The translations under genes were made by a program, and so were the position numbers. DNA of 64,000 nt. Origin: an uncultured Pirellulales bacterium. Lineage in GTDB: Bacteria > Planctomycetota > Phycisphaerae > Sedimentisphaerales > SM23-30. The stretch spans positions 1,225 through 65,224 of the forward strand of contig CAYZXY010000013.1 of the NCBI GenBank assembly GCA_964482555.1. Direction: 5' to 3'. The notes below the pieces were generated by a model. The model saw only the letters and a list, made by a program, of their open reading frames with translations. It was not told where the DNA came from and made no database searches. This document shows, piece after piece, positions 30,780-39,565 of this stretch (position 1 is its first letter; every line of letters begins with the position of its first letter).

Positions 30780-31847
30780 GTGAGTTATTCTGGAAAAGTT
30801 CTTTCGTTGCTGAGTTGTACCGATCATGATGCCTTTAAACAATTTCTGAAGGACTCAACTTATCAACTACAGCATATGGAACCAACGCCAGATTCCTGGC
30901 TTGAGGACATCATCCGACGGGAATACTGGCTGAATGTGTGTCAAAACGACATCGATGCCGTTCTGGTGCCGGTTAACGCTGAAACCCTTAATGTGCTCGA
31001 AAAGTCCGCCCTCAGAAGCGGGCATCGCCACCCCGGCGCGTCCGGTTTCTGGGCCTGGCTGCCCACGGCGGTCATTGCGGTTCTTGGCGACGATTCCGTG
31101 CATCTGGCGGTTCAGGCTGCCAAGTGCGACTTTGACGGCATACTCTCCCAGCCTTATGAGTCAGATACAGTTTCCCGGCAGCTTTCCCTGGCCATACATC
31201 GCAGCGACAACCGCTATGCCCTGCACCGCCGATATCATAAAATGCACCATCTCTTCCATCGCATCAACCAGGACCGCCGGCATTTACGCGATAAAGTCGA
31301 TTTGCTCTGCCATGATCTGGTTCATTCCAACGCCCATTTGACCAATACGCTGCAGGAGATGTGCCGGGCTCACGATTTTTTGGGGAAAATCACCGGCGAA
31401 TTCGATCAGAAGTATATGCTGTATAAGGCGTTACGGATAATAAAACAGCGGTTTGCCGACTCCAGCGCCCTGATTTTTCTTTGTGATTCGAATGATTTTG
31501 AGGCCCATATATGCGGGGTGTGGGATGAACTGGAACACGACCCCGAAACCCTGGAAACGGGCTTAAAAACCTCCGTCATCACCGAAACGATTCTCAGCCG
31601 TCAAAGCCGATCTCTGGCCAATGTCGCACAGGCCGAGTCGCTTTCGCCAGGGGAAAAGGCGATTCTGGCCGGACTGAGCATCCTTACGCACCCGATTATC
31701 CTCGAGGACGAACTCATGGGTGTACTGGTCATTTATCGAGATGATAAAACACCGTTTGCCGCTGCCGATGCTGCCACCGCCCGGACATACCTCTATCCGC
31801 TGGCCCGGGCCCTTGACAATCTCCGGCGGCTCAAAGCCATTCTTTAG
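30780..31847 (+). CDS. hypothetical regulator: degenerate receiver-like N-terminus plus C-terminal GAF-like domain
   Basis: GTG start after an AGGAGAAAG RBS. The C-terminal region SALIFLCDSN...ELMGVLVIYRD looks GAF-like. The domain calls are tentative. Confidence 0.5.
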   Translation: MSYSGKVLSLLSCTDHDAFKQFLKDSTYQLQHMEPTPDSWLEDIIRREYWLNVCQNDIDAVLVPVNAETLNVLEKSALRSGHRHPGASGFWAWLPTAVIAVLGDDSVHLAVQAAKCDFDGILSQPYESDTVSRQLSLAIHRSDNRYALHRRYHKMHHLFHRINQDRRHLRDKVDLLCHDLVHSNAHLTNTLQEMCRAHDFLGKITGEFDQKYMLYKALRIIKQRFADSSALIFLCDSNDFEAHICGVWDELEHDPETLETGLKTSVITETILSRQSRSLANVAQAESLSPGEKAILAGLSILTHPIILEDELMGVLVIYRDDKTPFAAADAATARTYLYPLARALDNLRRLKAIL

Positions 31848-31861
31848 CGCCATTCAGGCAT

Positions 31862-31892
31862 AAAAAAAGCCAGTCAAGGCTGGCTGACTGGC
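31862..31892 (-). terminator. rho-independent terminator of the ferredoxin gene
   Basis: The minus strand reads GCCAGTCA-gccagcct-TGACTGGC followed by 7 T. Confidence 0.75.
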
Positions 31893-31963
31893 AAATCATG
31901 GTGCATGGACACCGGTTGCTGGAGCATCCCCGACAGGGATACCGCTTTCGTCGTCGTAACGGC

Positions 31964-32134
31964 TTACATGGACAGCGCTTCGACCGGGCACTCATCAACG
32001 CATATGCCGCAATCGATGCAGGCTTCATCGTTGACGACGATTTTGTCATCTTCGACGCTCAGGGCTTCACTGGGGCAAACATCCACACACGCGCCGCAAC
32101 CGGTGCATTTCTCGAGATCAGCTTGTACAGCCAT
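31964..32134 (-). CDS. 2x[4Fe-4S] ferredoxin (56 aa)
   Basis: CTGCGACVDVCP and CIDCGICVDECP cluster motifs. A GGAGG RBS lies 5 nt before the ATG at 32134. The longer ORF to 32275 is rejected. Confidence 0.85.
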   Translation of the reverse strand: MAVQADLEKCTGCGACVDVCPSEALSVEDDKIVVNDEACIDCGICVDECPVEALSM

Positions 32135-32330
32135 AAAAACCTCCATAAACCTTAGAAAGTACAACAATAAAACAGTGATTCTCTTTCCTATATAAAAAAA
32201 AATCTGATGATGCAATAGACAAAATAAAAAAAATATTAATATTTTTTTGGTATGACAGACTTCGCCCACCAGCATAATACCGTAACGACAGGTTTATCCT
32301 GGAGGCAGGGAATATACCTGTGAAAAAATG

Positions 32331-32453
32331 GATCTAATCGAGTGAGAAGCTCCGGGTAGGACCATGCCTAACTGTTTTTTTTATAAGTAATTATGAATGG
32401 AGAAAGCGGGACGCGAAAGCCGCGTAAGCGAAAACTCAATCAGAAGCAGTATA
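32331..32453 (+). repeat. family-2 composite repeat (family-1-like half plus 58-nt module), pointing at proB
   Basis: ...GAGAAGCTCCGGGTAGGACCATGCCTAACTGTTTTTTTTATAAGTAATTATGAATGGAGAAAGCGGGACGCGAAAGCCGCGTAAGCGAAAACTCAATCAGAAGCAGTATA. The module aligns with 11610-11667. Confidence 0.75.
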
Positions 32454-32600
32454 GAATATTTGTCGGCATTGCCTGGAATAAATTAATGATCAATGGTATT
32501 ATTCTGCCGGAAGTGATACGTTTTGAAAAACGATGTTAATCAGTGCCGTCTATGGCTACAATTATTGCCCTGAGTCTTCTGAGATATATATGGCTAATAT

Positions 32601-33692
32601 ATGCGAAATTTCGACAAAATTAAACGAATCGTCATCAAGGTCGGCACCAATGTCCTCAGCAGGAACACGGGTGTCGATACCGATTTCATCGGTGTGATTG
32701 CCAGCCAGATTGCCGGGCTGGTCCAGGAGGGCAGGCAGGTCATCCTCGTTACCAGCGGCGCCGTTGGTATGGGCGCCGGGGCCCTGGGTCTGAAAAAGCA
32801 GCTTACCGAGATCAAAATGCGACAGGCATGCGCCGCCGTGGGCCAGGGGATTCTGATGCGGGAATACCAGGACGCCTTCAAACAATACGGCCAGACCGTT
32901 GCCCAGGTCCTGCTTACCAACCGTATCATGAGCTACCGAAAAAACTACGTCAACCTCAAAAATGCCGTCGAAACCCTCCTCAAGCTCAACGTTGTCCCCA
33001 TCGTCAACGAAAACGATTGCGTCTCCATCGAAGAAATCGACCTGGCCTTCGGCGACAATGACCGTCTCTCTGCCCTGGTCGCCTCAAAAATTGACGCCGA
33101 ACTGCTGATCGTCCTGACCGACGTCGCCGGTCTCTACAACGGCAATCCTCGCGAAAATCCCGATGCCAGGCTGCTTTCCGTCGTGCATGAAATTACGCCG
33201 GAGATTGAGGTCATGGCAGGTAAGCCCGGCTCGAAATACAGTACCGGCGGTATGGCCGCCAAGCTCAAGGCGATCCAGATCGCCGCCAACTCCGGCTGCC
33301 GGGTGGTTCTCGCTGACGGTCGTCGCAAGAATATCATTAATGACATCGTCGCCGGCGAAGACATCGGCACGCTTTTTCTGCCCAAACGCCGTCTCAGCAA
33401 CCGTAAACGCTGGATACTCAACAGCCTGCCGCAGGGCCGACTCGAAATCGACCCCGGCGCCGTGAACGCGCTGCTCAACAAAAAATCCCTCCTTCAGGTC
33501 GGCATCACCGACGTCATAGGCGACTTCCGACCCGGCGACGTCATCGAAATCGGTACCGTTGCCAAAGGCGTCACCCGGCTCGCCGCCCGCGACATCCGCC
33601 GCTTCCTCGACGACAAACTGAACAACAGCCACACCCCCGAAGCCAAACGCCAGGTCGCCGTCCATATCGACCACATCGTTCTGTATGTTTAA
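32601..33692 (+). CDS. proB: glutamate 5-kinase with PUA domain
   Basis: VIKVGTNVLS N-terminus, amino-acid kinase fold motifs, and a C-terminal PUA region (GDVIEI). Confidence 0.9.
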   Translation: MRNFDKIKRIVIKVGTNVLSRNTGVDTDFIGVIASQIAGLVQEGRQVILVTSGAVGMGAGALGLKKQLTEIKMRQACAAVGQGILMREYQDAFKQYGQTVAQVLLTNRIMSYRKNYVNLKNAVETLLKLNVVPIVNENDCVSIEEIDLAFGDNDRLSALVASKIDAELLIVLTDVAGLYNGNPRENPDARLLSVVHEITPEIEVMAGKPGSKYSTGGMAAKLKAIQIAANSGCRVVLADGRRKNIINDIVAGEDIGTLFLPKRRLSNRKRWILNSLPQGRLEIDPGAVNALLNKKSLLQVGITDVIGDFRPGDVIEIGTVAKGVTRLAARDIRRFLDDKLNNSHTPEAKRQVAVHIDHIVLYV

Positions 33693-35425
33693 CCCGCTAC
33701 CACATTTTCCACCGGCTGATTGTACAAAAACCGATGCTTGAATTGCTCGTTTCGCCCTTGGTTCGCCTTTTTGATCACCTCATCTCGCTCCGTCAATTCC
33801 CCATGGGCATACTGCTTCACTGACACCGGTCCCAGTCGTCCGCTCTTCCGTTTGGACGTGTACTCGATATTCAACGCCTCCAGCCGTCGGTCAATCTCGC
33901 CCGCCAACACCTCCAAACGCTCTGTCGGCCGCAATTTACGCAACTGCACCGCCACCCCGTACCTGGGCGGATCGCCCCATTCCGGCATCATGATAAACGT
34001 CTCCACCTCCATCCCGCACTCGTCGGCCGCCTCCCGTACCGCCCGCACCGCCTGATGTTCCGTCAGCTTTTCTCCCGTAATACTGCTTGTATGTGCTCCC
34101 TTTGACAAAAACTCAATCACCGGCGTCGTCCCCGCAAATCCGTTTACCCGCACGACATCGCCGATATGATACCGATACAACCCCGACTGATTGGTCAAAA
34201 TCAGATAATAATTCGCTCCCGGTTCCACCTCATCCGGCCGCAGTGTCACCAGCCCCTCCGGCAGCGTCATCAAATGACCGGATAGGTCCACACCCTCGAC
34301 CTCCGCTTCCGGTATGAACTCATACACATTCGCTTCGATGTCCAGAATCCCGCCGGGCGTGTTATCTTCCAGTGGAATCGACATACGCCCTTCGCTGGCC
34401 AGCAAACCAATATCCCGAATCGGCACATTGCCAAAGTAATCCCGCAATTGCGGCAGATACATCGACAGCGTACCGCCCGTCCAGTTCGCCAGAAATGAAA
34501 TATTCCAGTAGTGACGGGGCAGCAAACGTCCGTACTTCTCTAATATGCATTCAAGTTCCATTGCCCGTTGGGGCCGAGGATTCAGCCGGGATGAAAGCCC
34601 GCGTCGTATCCATTCCGGCACATTCTTTTCCACCCTCAGCGTGCCGTCGTGAATATCCCGTATTATCCGCATTGCTTCCTTTTCGGCCGTCTGGGCCAGC
34701 GTCAAAGTTGTACTGGGGTTTGCTGTGCTGATAAACGCAATGTCCTCACACAATGCCAGCCGCATAATCGTATAATACCGGTCCCCGGCTTCGGGAATAT
34801 ATGCCACCATGTTTGGCAACGCATAAAACTGCCGGACGACGGGTTTTTGATTCTTCGCCAACAATCCCGAAATCGCCCCACACGCAATCCCCGCCGCCGT
34901 CTTTTCCTGTTCATGCGGACTGGCAACCTGCAGAATTTTTCGGAACAGGGCGTCCGGGTGGTCCTGATAAGCCTGAATCCCCCAGATGTTCCATCCCCGT
35001 CGATAGCTTTGGGCAAACGCTTGTGTCACCGGGATATATTTAGCTTGCGATGTTGTGCCGCTGGTCAGAGCGAACATCAGCAATTTCTGGTCGGTTCCCA
35101 GCAATGCGTTTGGCCGGCCGTTTTTACAGTCGTTGATGTATGAGCCGTAATAGTCATACTGGGTCAACGGAAGTTGCCGGCGAAAATCATCATACGAAAC
35201 AATTCCCGCAAAACCGTGTCGGCGTCCAAAATCACTGTCCCGATGCGCCGCAATAATCCGGCACAGCAGTTCATTCTGGCCTGGGCGGCATTGGTGAAGT
35301 TTTTTCTGAAAGCGAGCGAGTTGCTTCCGGGCGTTGTGTGCGGCGATATGGCCGATGAGCCGCACCGCCGGTTTGAGCCATTTGCTGCTGGACCACTTGC
35401 TTGTCTTCATAATATGATACGCCAT
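33689..35425 (-). CDS. GH3 (auxin-responsive GH3-like) family adenylating acyl-acid amido synthetase
   Basis: 578 aa. LTSGTTSQAKYIP (acyl-adenylate motif) and YRYHIGDVV fit the GH3/ANL-like pattern from recall. The stop overlaps the convergent proB stop. Confidence 0.7.
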   Translation of the reverse strand: MAYHIMKTSKWSSSKWLKPAVRLIGHIAAHNARKQLARFQKKLHQCRPGQNELLCRIIAAHRDSDFGRRHGFAGIVSYDDFRRQLPLTQYDYYGSYINDCKNGRPNALLGTDQKLLMFALTSGTTSQAKYIPVTQAFAQSYRRGWNIWGIQAYQDHPDALFRKILQVASPHEQEKTAAGIACGAISGLLAKNQKPVVRQFYALPNMVAYIPEAGDRYYTIMRLALCEDIAFISTANPSTTLTLAQTAEKEAMRIIRDIHDGTLRVEKNVPEWIRRGLSSRLNPRPQRAMELECILEKYGRLLPRHYWNISFLANWTGGTLSMYLPQLRDYFGNVPIRDIGLLASEGRMSIPLEDNTPGGILDIEANVYEFIPEAEVEGVDLSGHLMTLPEGLVTLRPDEVEPGANYYLILTNQSGLYRYHIGDVVRVNGFAGTTPVIEFLSKGAHTSSITGEKLTEHQAVRAVREAADECGMEVETFIMMPEWGDPPRYGVAVQLRKLRPTERLEVLAGEIDRRLEALNIEYTSKRKSGRLGPVSVKQYAHGELTERDEVIKKANQGRNEQFKHRFLYNQPVENVVAG

Positions 35426-36542
35426 TCTCCTCGTTCGTCAGATTATCGCTGCCTTCCATCCCCGCAAACAACGCCAATGCCTTTCCATACAACAGTTTAT
35501 CAACAGCAGTTTTCCGGTGGATAAACTTATCGAAAAATGCCACCGATCGCAATGCATACAAATCGCGATGCACCAGCGTCGATTGATTGTGTTTGGCCTC
35601 CGGTGCCATCCAGAGATACCGCGGCGGCCGCGCCGCCTCATACAGCAGTTTCGCCTGATCCGGCCGGATATACGAATCCCGCGCGCCGTGGATAAAAAAT
35701 GTCGGCGTATCTTTCAGCTTCATAAGTGCTTTACGCGCCGAAAGAAACCGGCAATGAAACCGCCGCCACGCGACCTGCAACAGCAGCCACCGCAAAAACC
35801 GCCAGAACACCGGCGGATGATTTTCATACACAAATCGCACCCTCGCGAAGATATGCACCCACCGTTTCATAAACATTTCCAGCGTCGTATCATTGGAAAA
35901 CGCGCTGTCCGCCAGCACCGCCTTTACCAGTCCCGCTGAAAAGGGGCTGTCCGCCGCCAGAATTGCTGCACCCGCCCCCCGCGAAATCCCGAACATCCCG
36001 ATCTGAACGTCTAGTTCCCGCTCCCGAAACTGATCGTTCACATATGCCAGCGCCCCCAGGCAATCCGCCACCTCATGATTCGTGCACCACAAGCGCGGAG
36101 CATAATCCGGCAGCGATTCGCTTTTACCATGGGAGCGAAAATCGAAGGCAAAAATATCGTACCCCGCTCTCAGCAGCGGCATGCAATACCGCGACCAACT
36201 GTACATGTCGGCGTTGTACTCGTGACAAAAGATAATGACGCCTTTGGAATCCCCCTTCAGTATCGGTGCGTTGTTATCGAAATACAGCACATCACCTTGA
36301 TCCTTGATCATTGCCGGCGACAGAAACATTCCTCGCAGCCGCGTCCCGTCAAACGCCCGGAACTGGACTATATGGCCTTCCAGTTTCTGCTGATGTCGCA
36401 ACCCCAGAAAAGGCGGCGTATCCCGAAAAATATTCAGCATCAAACGGACATATTTCGCCAGAACCGCAACGATCCATAAGACCGTCAATACCGCCGCCAG
36501 GCCGCACAGCACAGGCCAGTAATGGAGCAATAACTGGATCAT
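35271..36542 (-). CDS. membrane-anchored alpha/beta hydrolase
   Basis: N-terminal TM helix. Nucleophile elbow GISRG. Starts 21 nt after the KS stop. Its 3' 155 nt overlap the GH3 start. Confidence 0.75.
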   Translation of the reverse strand: MIQLLLHYWPVLCGLAAVLTVLWIVAVLAKYVRLMLNIFRDTPPFLGLRHQQKLEGHIVQFRAFDGTRLRGMFLSPAMIKDQGDVLYFDNNAPILKGDSKGVIIFCHEYNADMYSWSRYCMPLLRAGYDIFAFDFRSHGKSESLPDYAPRLWCTNHEVADCLGALAYVNDQFRERELDVQIGMFGISRGAGAAILAADSPFSAGLVKAVLADSAFSNDTTLEMFMKRWVHIFARVRFVYENHPPVFWRFLRWLLLQVAWRRFHCRFLSARKALMKLKDTPTFFIHGARDSYIRPDQAKLLYEAARPPRYLWMAPEAKHNQSTLVHRDLYALRSVAFFDKFIHRKTAVDKLLYGKALALFAGMEGSDNLTNEENGVSYYEDKQVVQQQMAQTGGAAHRPYRRTQRPEATRSLSEKTSPMPPRPE

Positions 36543-36563
36543 TCCAGAATATCTCCGTCAGGG

Positions 36564-37892
36564 TTAATGTTGTTCAGGTAATTGACGTATGATGATTGTA
36601 TTATTCTGACCGCCAAAGCCAAACGAATTCGACATCACCGTTTTCAACAGCGCCGGGCGCGGTTCATTGGGTACATAGTCCAGATCGCATACTTCATCCG
36701 GCTGATGCAGATTGATAGTGGGTGGAATAACCTGATCTCGCAACGCCAGAACGCATGTTATCAGCTCGACCACGCCCGCCGCCGCGATCAGATGCCCCAG
36801 CATGCTCTTAACGCTGCTCACGGGAATATTATACGCCTGCTCGCCGAAAACGTCTTTAATCACCTTTGTCTCTATCGAATCGTTCTCCGCTGTTCCGGTT
36901 CCGTGAGCGCTGATATAATCGATATCCGTAATATCCAGACCCGCGTCCGCCAGTGCCTGCCGAACAGCTGCGATACCGCCGCGCCCCTCAATATGTTGAT
37001 CGGTTACCCGAAAAGCGTCGGCGGTACTGCCGTATCCGATCACCTCTGCCAGAATCGGCGCTCCCCGCTTCCGGGCCGTTTCGTAATCCTCCAGTATGAT
37101 AGCCCCGGCGCCCTCCGCCAGCACGAATCCATCCCGCGTCCGGTCAAACGGCCGCGATGACGTTTTGTAGTCGTCATTACGGGTCGACAGGGCGGTCAAA
37201 CGGTTAAACCCCGTTACCCCCAGCGGATGGATCATCGAATGCGTCCCCCCCGTAATCATGATATCCGTGTCGCCGTAACGAATCTGCTCCGTCGCCTCCC
37301 CGATCGCCTGCGTACTCGCCGCACAGGCCGTCAGACAACTCATACAGGGCCCGCGCAACTGAAACAGACGCGCCAGATAGCCGCTGGGTATATTCGGTTC
37401 CTGCTCCAGTTCCCGCCGCATGTCCATCCCCGAAAACGCGGTAGTCGCCCATGCCCCCCAGTCCATCTCATTTTCATCCGTATTCCACCCATCTATTGCC
37501 GCCTGCGAAAACGCCTTAAAATCTAACGGACCCTCCCCGGCGCCAAGATAAACGCCCACCCGGTCGCTGCCGGGAATCCTATTGGTTTGAGTTGCAGACA
37601 TCGGCATGGGCAGTCCCGCCTGGCGCCATGCCTGCAATGCCGCTGTAATTATAAACCGCGAATTGCGACCCGCCTGGCGAACTTCATCATGCAGATTCTC
37701 CGGTACGTTTTCGAGATGATCGTAATCCGCCACCTGCGCTGAAAACTGCGATGGAAATGTCCTCGCGTCGAACAGCTTCGTTAAAGATACTCCGCTTTCA
37801 CCGCTCAGCAATTTCCGCCAAACCTCATCAATGTCTCTTCCCAGCGGTGTCACCGCACCCATTCCCGTTATCACAACACGTCGTTTATCCAT
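36564..37892 (-). CDS. beta-ketoacyl-ACP synthase (KAS I/II-type, intact Cys-His-His triad)
   Basis: CLTACAAS (Cys), SAHGTGT (His), KSMLGHLIAAAG (His). Confidence 0.9.
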   Translation of the reverse strand: MDKRRVVITGMGAVTPLGRDIDEVWRKLLSGESGVSLTKLFDARTFPSQFSAQVADYDHLENVPENLHDEVRQAGRNSRFIITAALQAWRQAGLPMPMSATQTNRIPGSDRVGVYLGAGEGPLDFKAFSQAAIDGWNTDENEMDWGAWATTAFSGMDMRRELEQEPNIPSGYLARLFQLRGPCMSCLTACAASTQAIGEATEQIRYGDTDIMITGGTHSMIHPLGVTGFNRLTALSTRNDDYKTSSRPFDRTRDGFVLAEGAGAIILEDYETARKRGAPILAEVIGYGSTADAFRVTDQHIEGRGGIAAVRQALADAGLDITDIDYISAHGTGTAENDSIETKVIKDVFGEQAYNIPVSSVKSMLGHLIAAAGVVELITCVLALRDQVIPPTINLHQPDEVCDLDYVPNEPRPALLKTVMSNSFGFGGQNNTIIIRQLPEQH

Positions 37893-37908
37893 AATAATCT
37901 CTATCCTT

Positions 37909-37999
37909 AACTTTCGTATTTTTTTGATAACGCTTCGGCGTTCCGCAGGGCCATTTAAGCCCGACAGTATTATTCATTTTCGGATAAGTGATCGAAAAT
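37909..37999 (+). repeat. family-3 repeat in the 5' leader of the KS gene
   Basis: AACTTTCGTATTTTTTTGATAACGCTTCGGCGTTCCGCAGGGCCATTTAAGCCCGACAGTATTATTCATTTTCGGATAAGTGATCGAAAAT aligns along its whole length with 40064-40155. Confidence 0.85.
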
Positions 38000-38025
38000 C
38001 GCACTCTATCGCTTGTTAACTGATT

Positions 38026-38129
38026 TACACACGTTGCGATTGAAAATACGCGTTTTTTCAGAAGTAATTGTGTGCGAATAAAAAGCTTACACCCGGCTCA
38101 GCCCGGAGCTCTCTACCCGGTTGGGTATA
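38026..38129 (+). repeat. family-1 interspersed repeat, forward on + strand (reverse-sense relative to the minus-strand operon); overlaps the 3' end of the KS-like gene
   Basis: TACACACGTTGCGATTGAAAATACGCG...GAGCTCTCTACCCGGTTGGGTATA. The terminal palindrome encodes VYPTG-stop of the CDS 38113-39441. Confidence 0.9.
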
Positions 38130-39441
38130 CTTTTTTCAATACCATTGCCGCTGTTTGACCGCCGAAGGTTGTACTGGTGCATAAGGCATAGTTTAAGGTC
38201 AGTCCTTCGCGATGTTCCCGGACGATATTCAGACCAGGTCCGTTTTCAGGATGGGGGCAGTTCAGGGTTGCCGGAATGACACCGTGTTTCAATGCCAGCG
38301 CCGCCGTGACCATATCGATCGCGCTCGAACCGGCGCCGCAATTACCGATCCGACTTTTGGTCGCACAAACCGGCAGTTTACTCGTATAATCGCCGAAAAC
38401 CGATTGGATTGCCGTCGCTTCGCTCCGATCGGCGCTCGGTATGCCTAACCCGTGCGGAATAAGCAGGTCGATATTGTCAGGATTGATTTCCGCAGAGGCC
38501 AGCGCCTTATGCATGGCCGTCGCGATACCCTTGCCGTCCGGTTCCGGAGACAAGAAATCCTTCCCAAAACAGCAGGATGCACCAAAACCGACCACTTCCG
38601 CGTAAATAGACGCCCCCCTTTTTGTCGCACGTTCGTATTCTTCCAGAATAAAAATTCCCGCTCCGTCGCCGGCAACCGTTCCATCCGCGTCCCGGTCGAA
38701 AGGTCGGCAGGCTTCTTTGGGGTGGTCGTTATACTTCGTACTGGCCTGCTTGTAGAAATATTGTCGCAGCAAATTCATCGGATTGACTTTATTTTCTCCG
38801 CCGCCCGCGACCATGATATCCGCCTTGCCGTGAGCGATGGTTTTGTAAGCCTCGCCGATTGCCAGCGTGCCTGAAACATCCGCGTTTGTTATGGAATTAC
38901 TCGGGCCTTGAAAATCATGAATAATCGTGATATGGCAACTGAGCATATTCGGCAGATATTTCAACAACCACAAGGGCGTCAAACTCTGCATTCCCTCGCG
39001 ACCCCAGTGTTCAAGACTGAATCGGTCCCCGTCTTTCGAAAGACTAAGAGCCGTTGCCAGTTCCGGCAGGTCGCAGCAGATCTGCCCCGCTCCGATATTG
39101 ACCCCGCAGCGGGTTGGTTCAATATCAATCTCGCCGTTCGTACTCGTTCCTTTTGTTCGAAGACCCGCATCCCGGATGGCGCCGTCCGCCGCTACCACCG
39201 ATAGGGCGATATCGTGCGACATCAGCTTTGTCATTTTTCGGTGTGTTTTAGGGACATAGGCAGACATTTTGAATTCCGGGGTCTCGCCGCCGATCCGGCT
39301 GGGGAAACCTGATGCGTCAAACCGTTTGATCGGCTCGATTCCGATTTGCCCGTTCAGCAGGGCCTGAAGATAGTCATCTTTTGTCAGACCCAGAGCGTTA
39401 ACGATGCCTGTTCCGGTTATTACTACTCGGCGTTCAGCCAT
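38113..39441 (-). CDS. ketosynthase-like protein lacking the catalytic Cys (chain-length-factor / KS-beta-like partner)
   Basis: Aligned by eye with the neighbouring KS. TACAAS becomes NADVSG (Cys to Asp). HGTGT becomes HGLGI (His kept). GHLIAAAG becomes GNCGAGSS (His to Asn). Confidence 0.8.
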   Translation of the reverse strand: MAERRVVITGTGIVNALGLTKDDYLQALLNGQIGIEPIKRFDASGFPSRIGGETPEFKMSAYVPKTHRKMTKLMSHDIALSVVAADGAIRDAGLRTKGTSTNGEIDIEPTRCGVNIGAGQICCDLPELATALSLSKDGDRFSLEHWGREGMQSLTPLWLLKYLPNMLSCHITIIHDFQGPSNSITNADVSGTLAIGEAYKTIAHGKADIMVAGGGENKVNPMNLLRQYFYKQASTKYNDHPKEACRPFDRDADGTVAGDGAGIFILEEYERATKRGASIYAEVVGFGASCCFGKDFLSPEPDGKGIATAMHKALASAEINPDNIDLLIPHGLGIPSADRSEATAIQSVFGDYTSKLPVCATKSRIGNCGAGSSAIDMVTAALALKHGVIPATLNCPHPENGPGLNIVREHREGLTLNYALCTSTTFGGQTAAMVLKKVYPTG

Positions 39442-39460
39442 AGGGCTTTCTCCTGGAATG

Positions 39461-39565
39461 TATCCTCGCTCTGAGTGATATTATCCGTTTTGTCAGAACG
39501 TAATTATGTGCGGATAAAAAACTTGCGCCCGGTCCTGCCGGGAGCTTTCTACCCGATGGGGTATA
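39461..39565 (+). repeat. family-1 interspersed repeat, forward on + strand; overlaps the 3' end of the dehydratase gene and lies 20 nt upstream of the KS-like start
   Basis: TATCCTCGCTCTGAGTGATATTATCCGTTTTGTCAGAACGTAATTATGTGCGGATAAAAAACTTGCGCCCGGTCCTGCCGGGAGCTTTCTACCCGATGGGGTATA. It encodes VYPIG-stop of the CDS 39549-40037. Confidence 0.9.

Noticed and set aside
32227-32248. AT-only palindrome A7-TATTAATA-T7 in the ferredoxin/proB divergent spacer.
   Set aside because: It has no GC stem, so it is not a terminator. It is most simply explained as AT-rich promoter/UP-like DNA, and there is nothing further to test from sequence alone.
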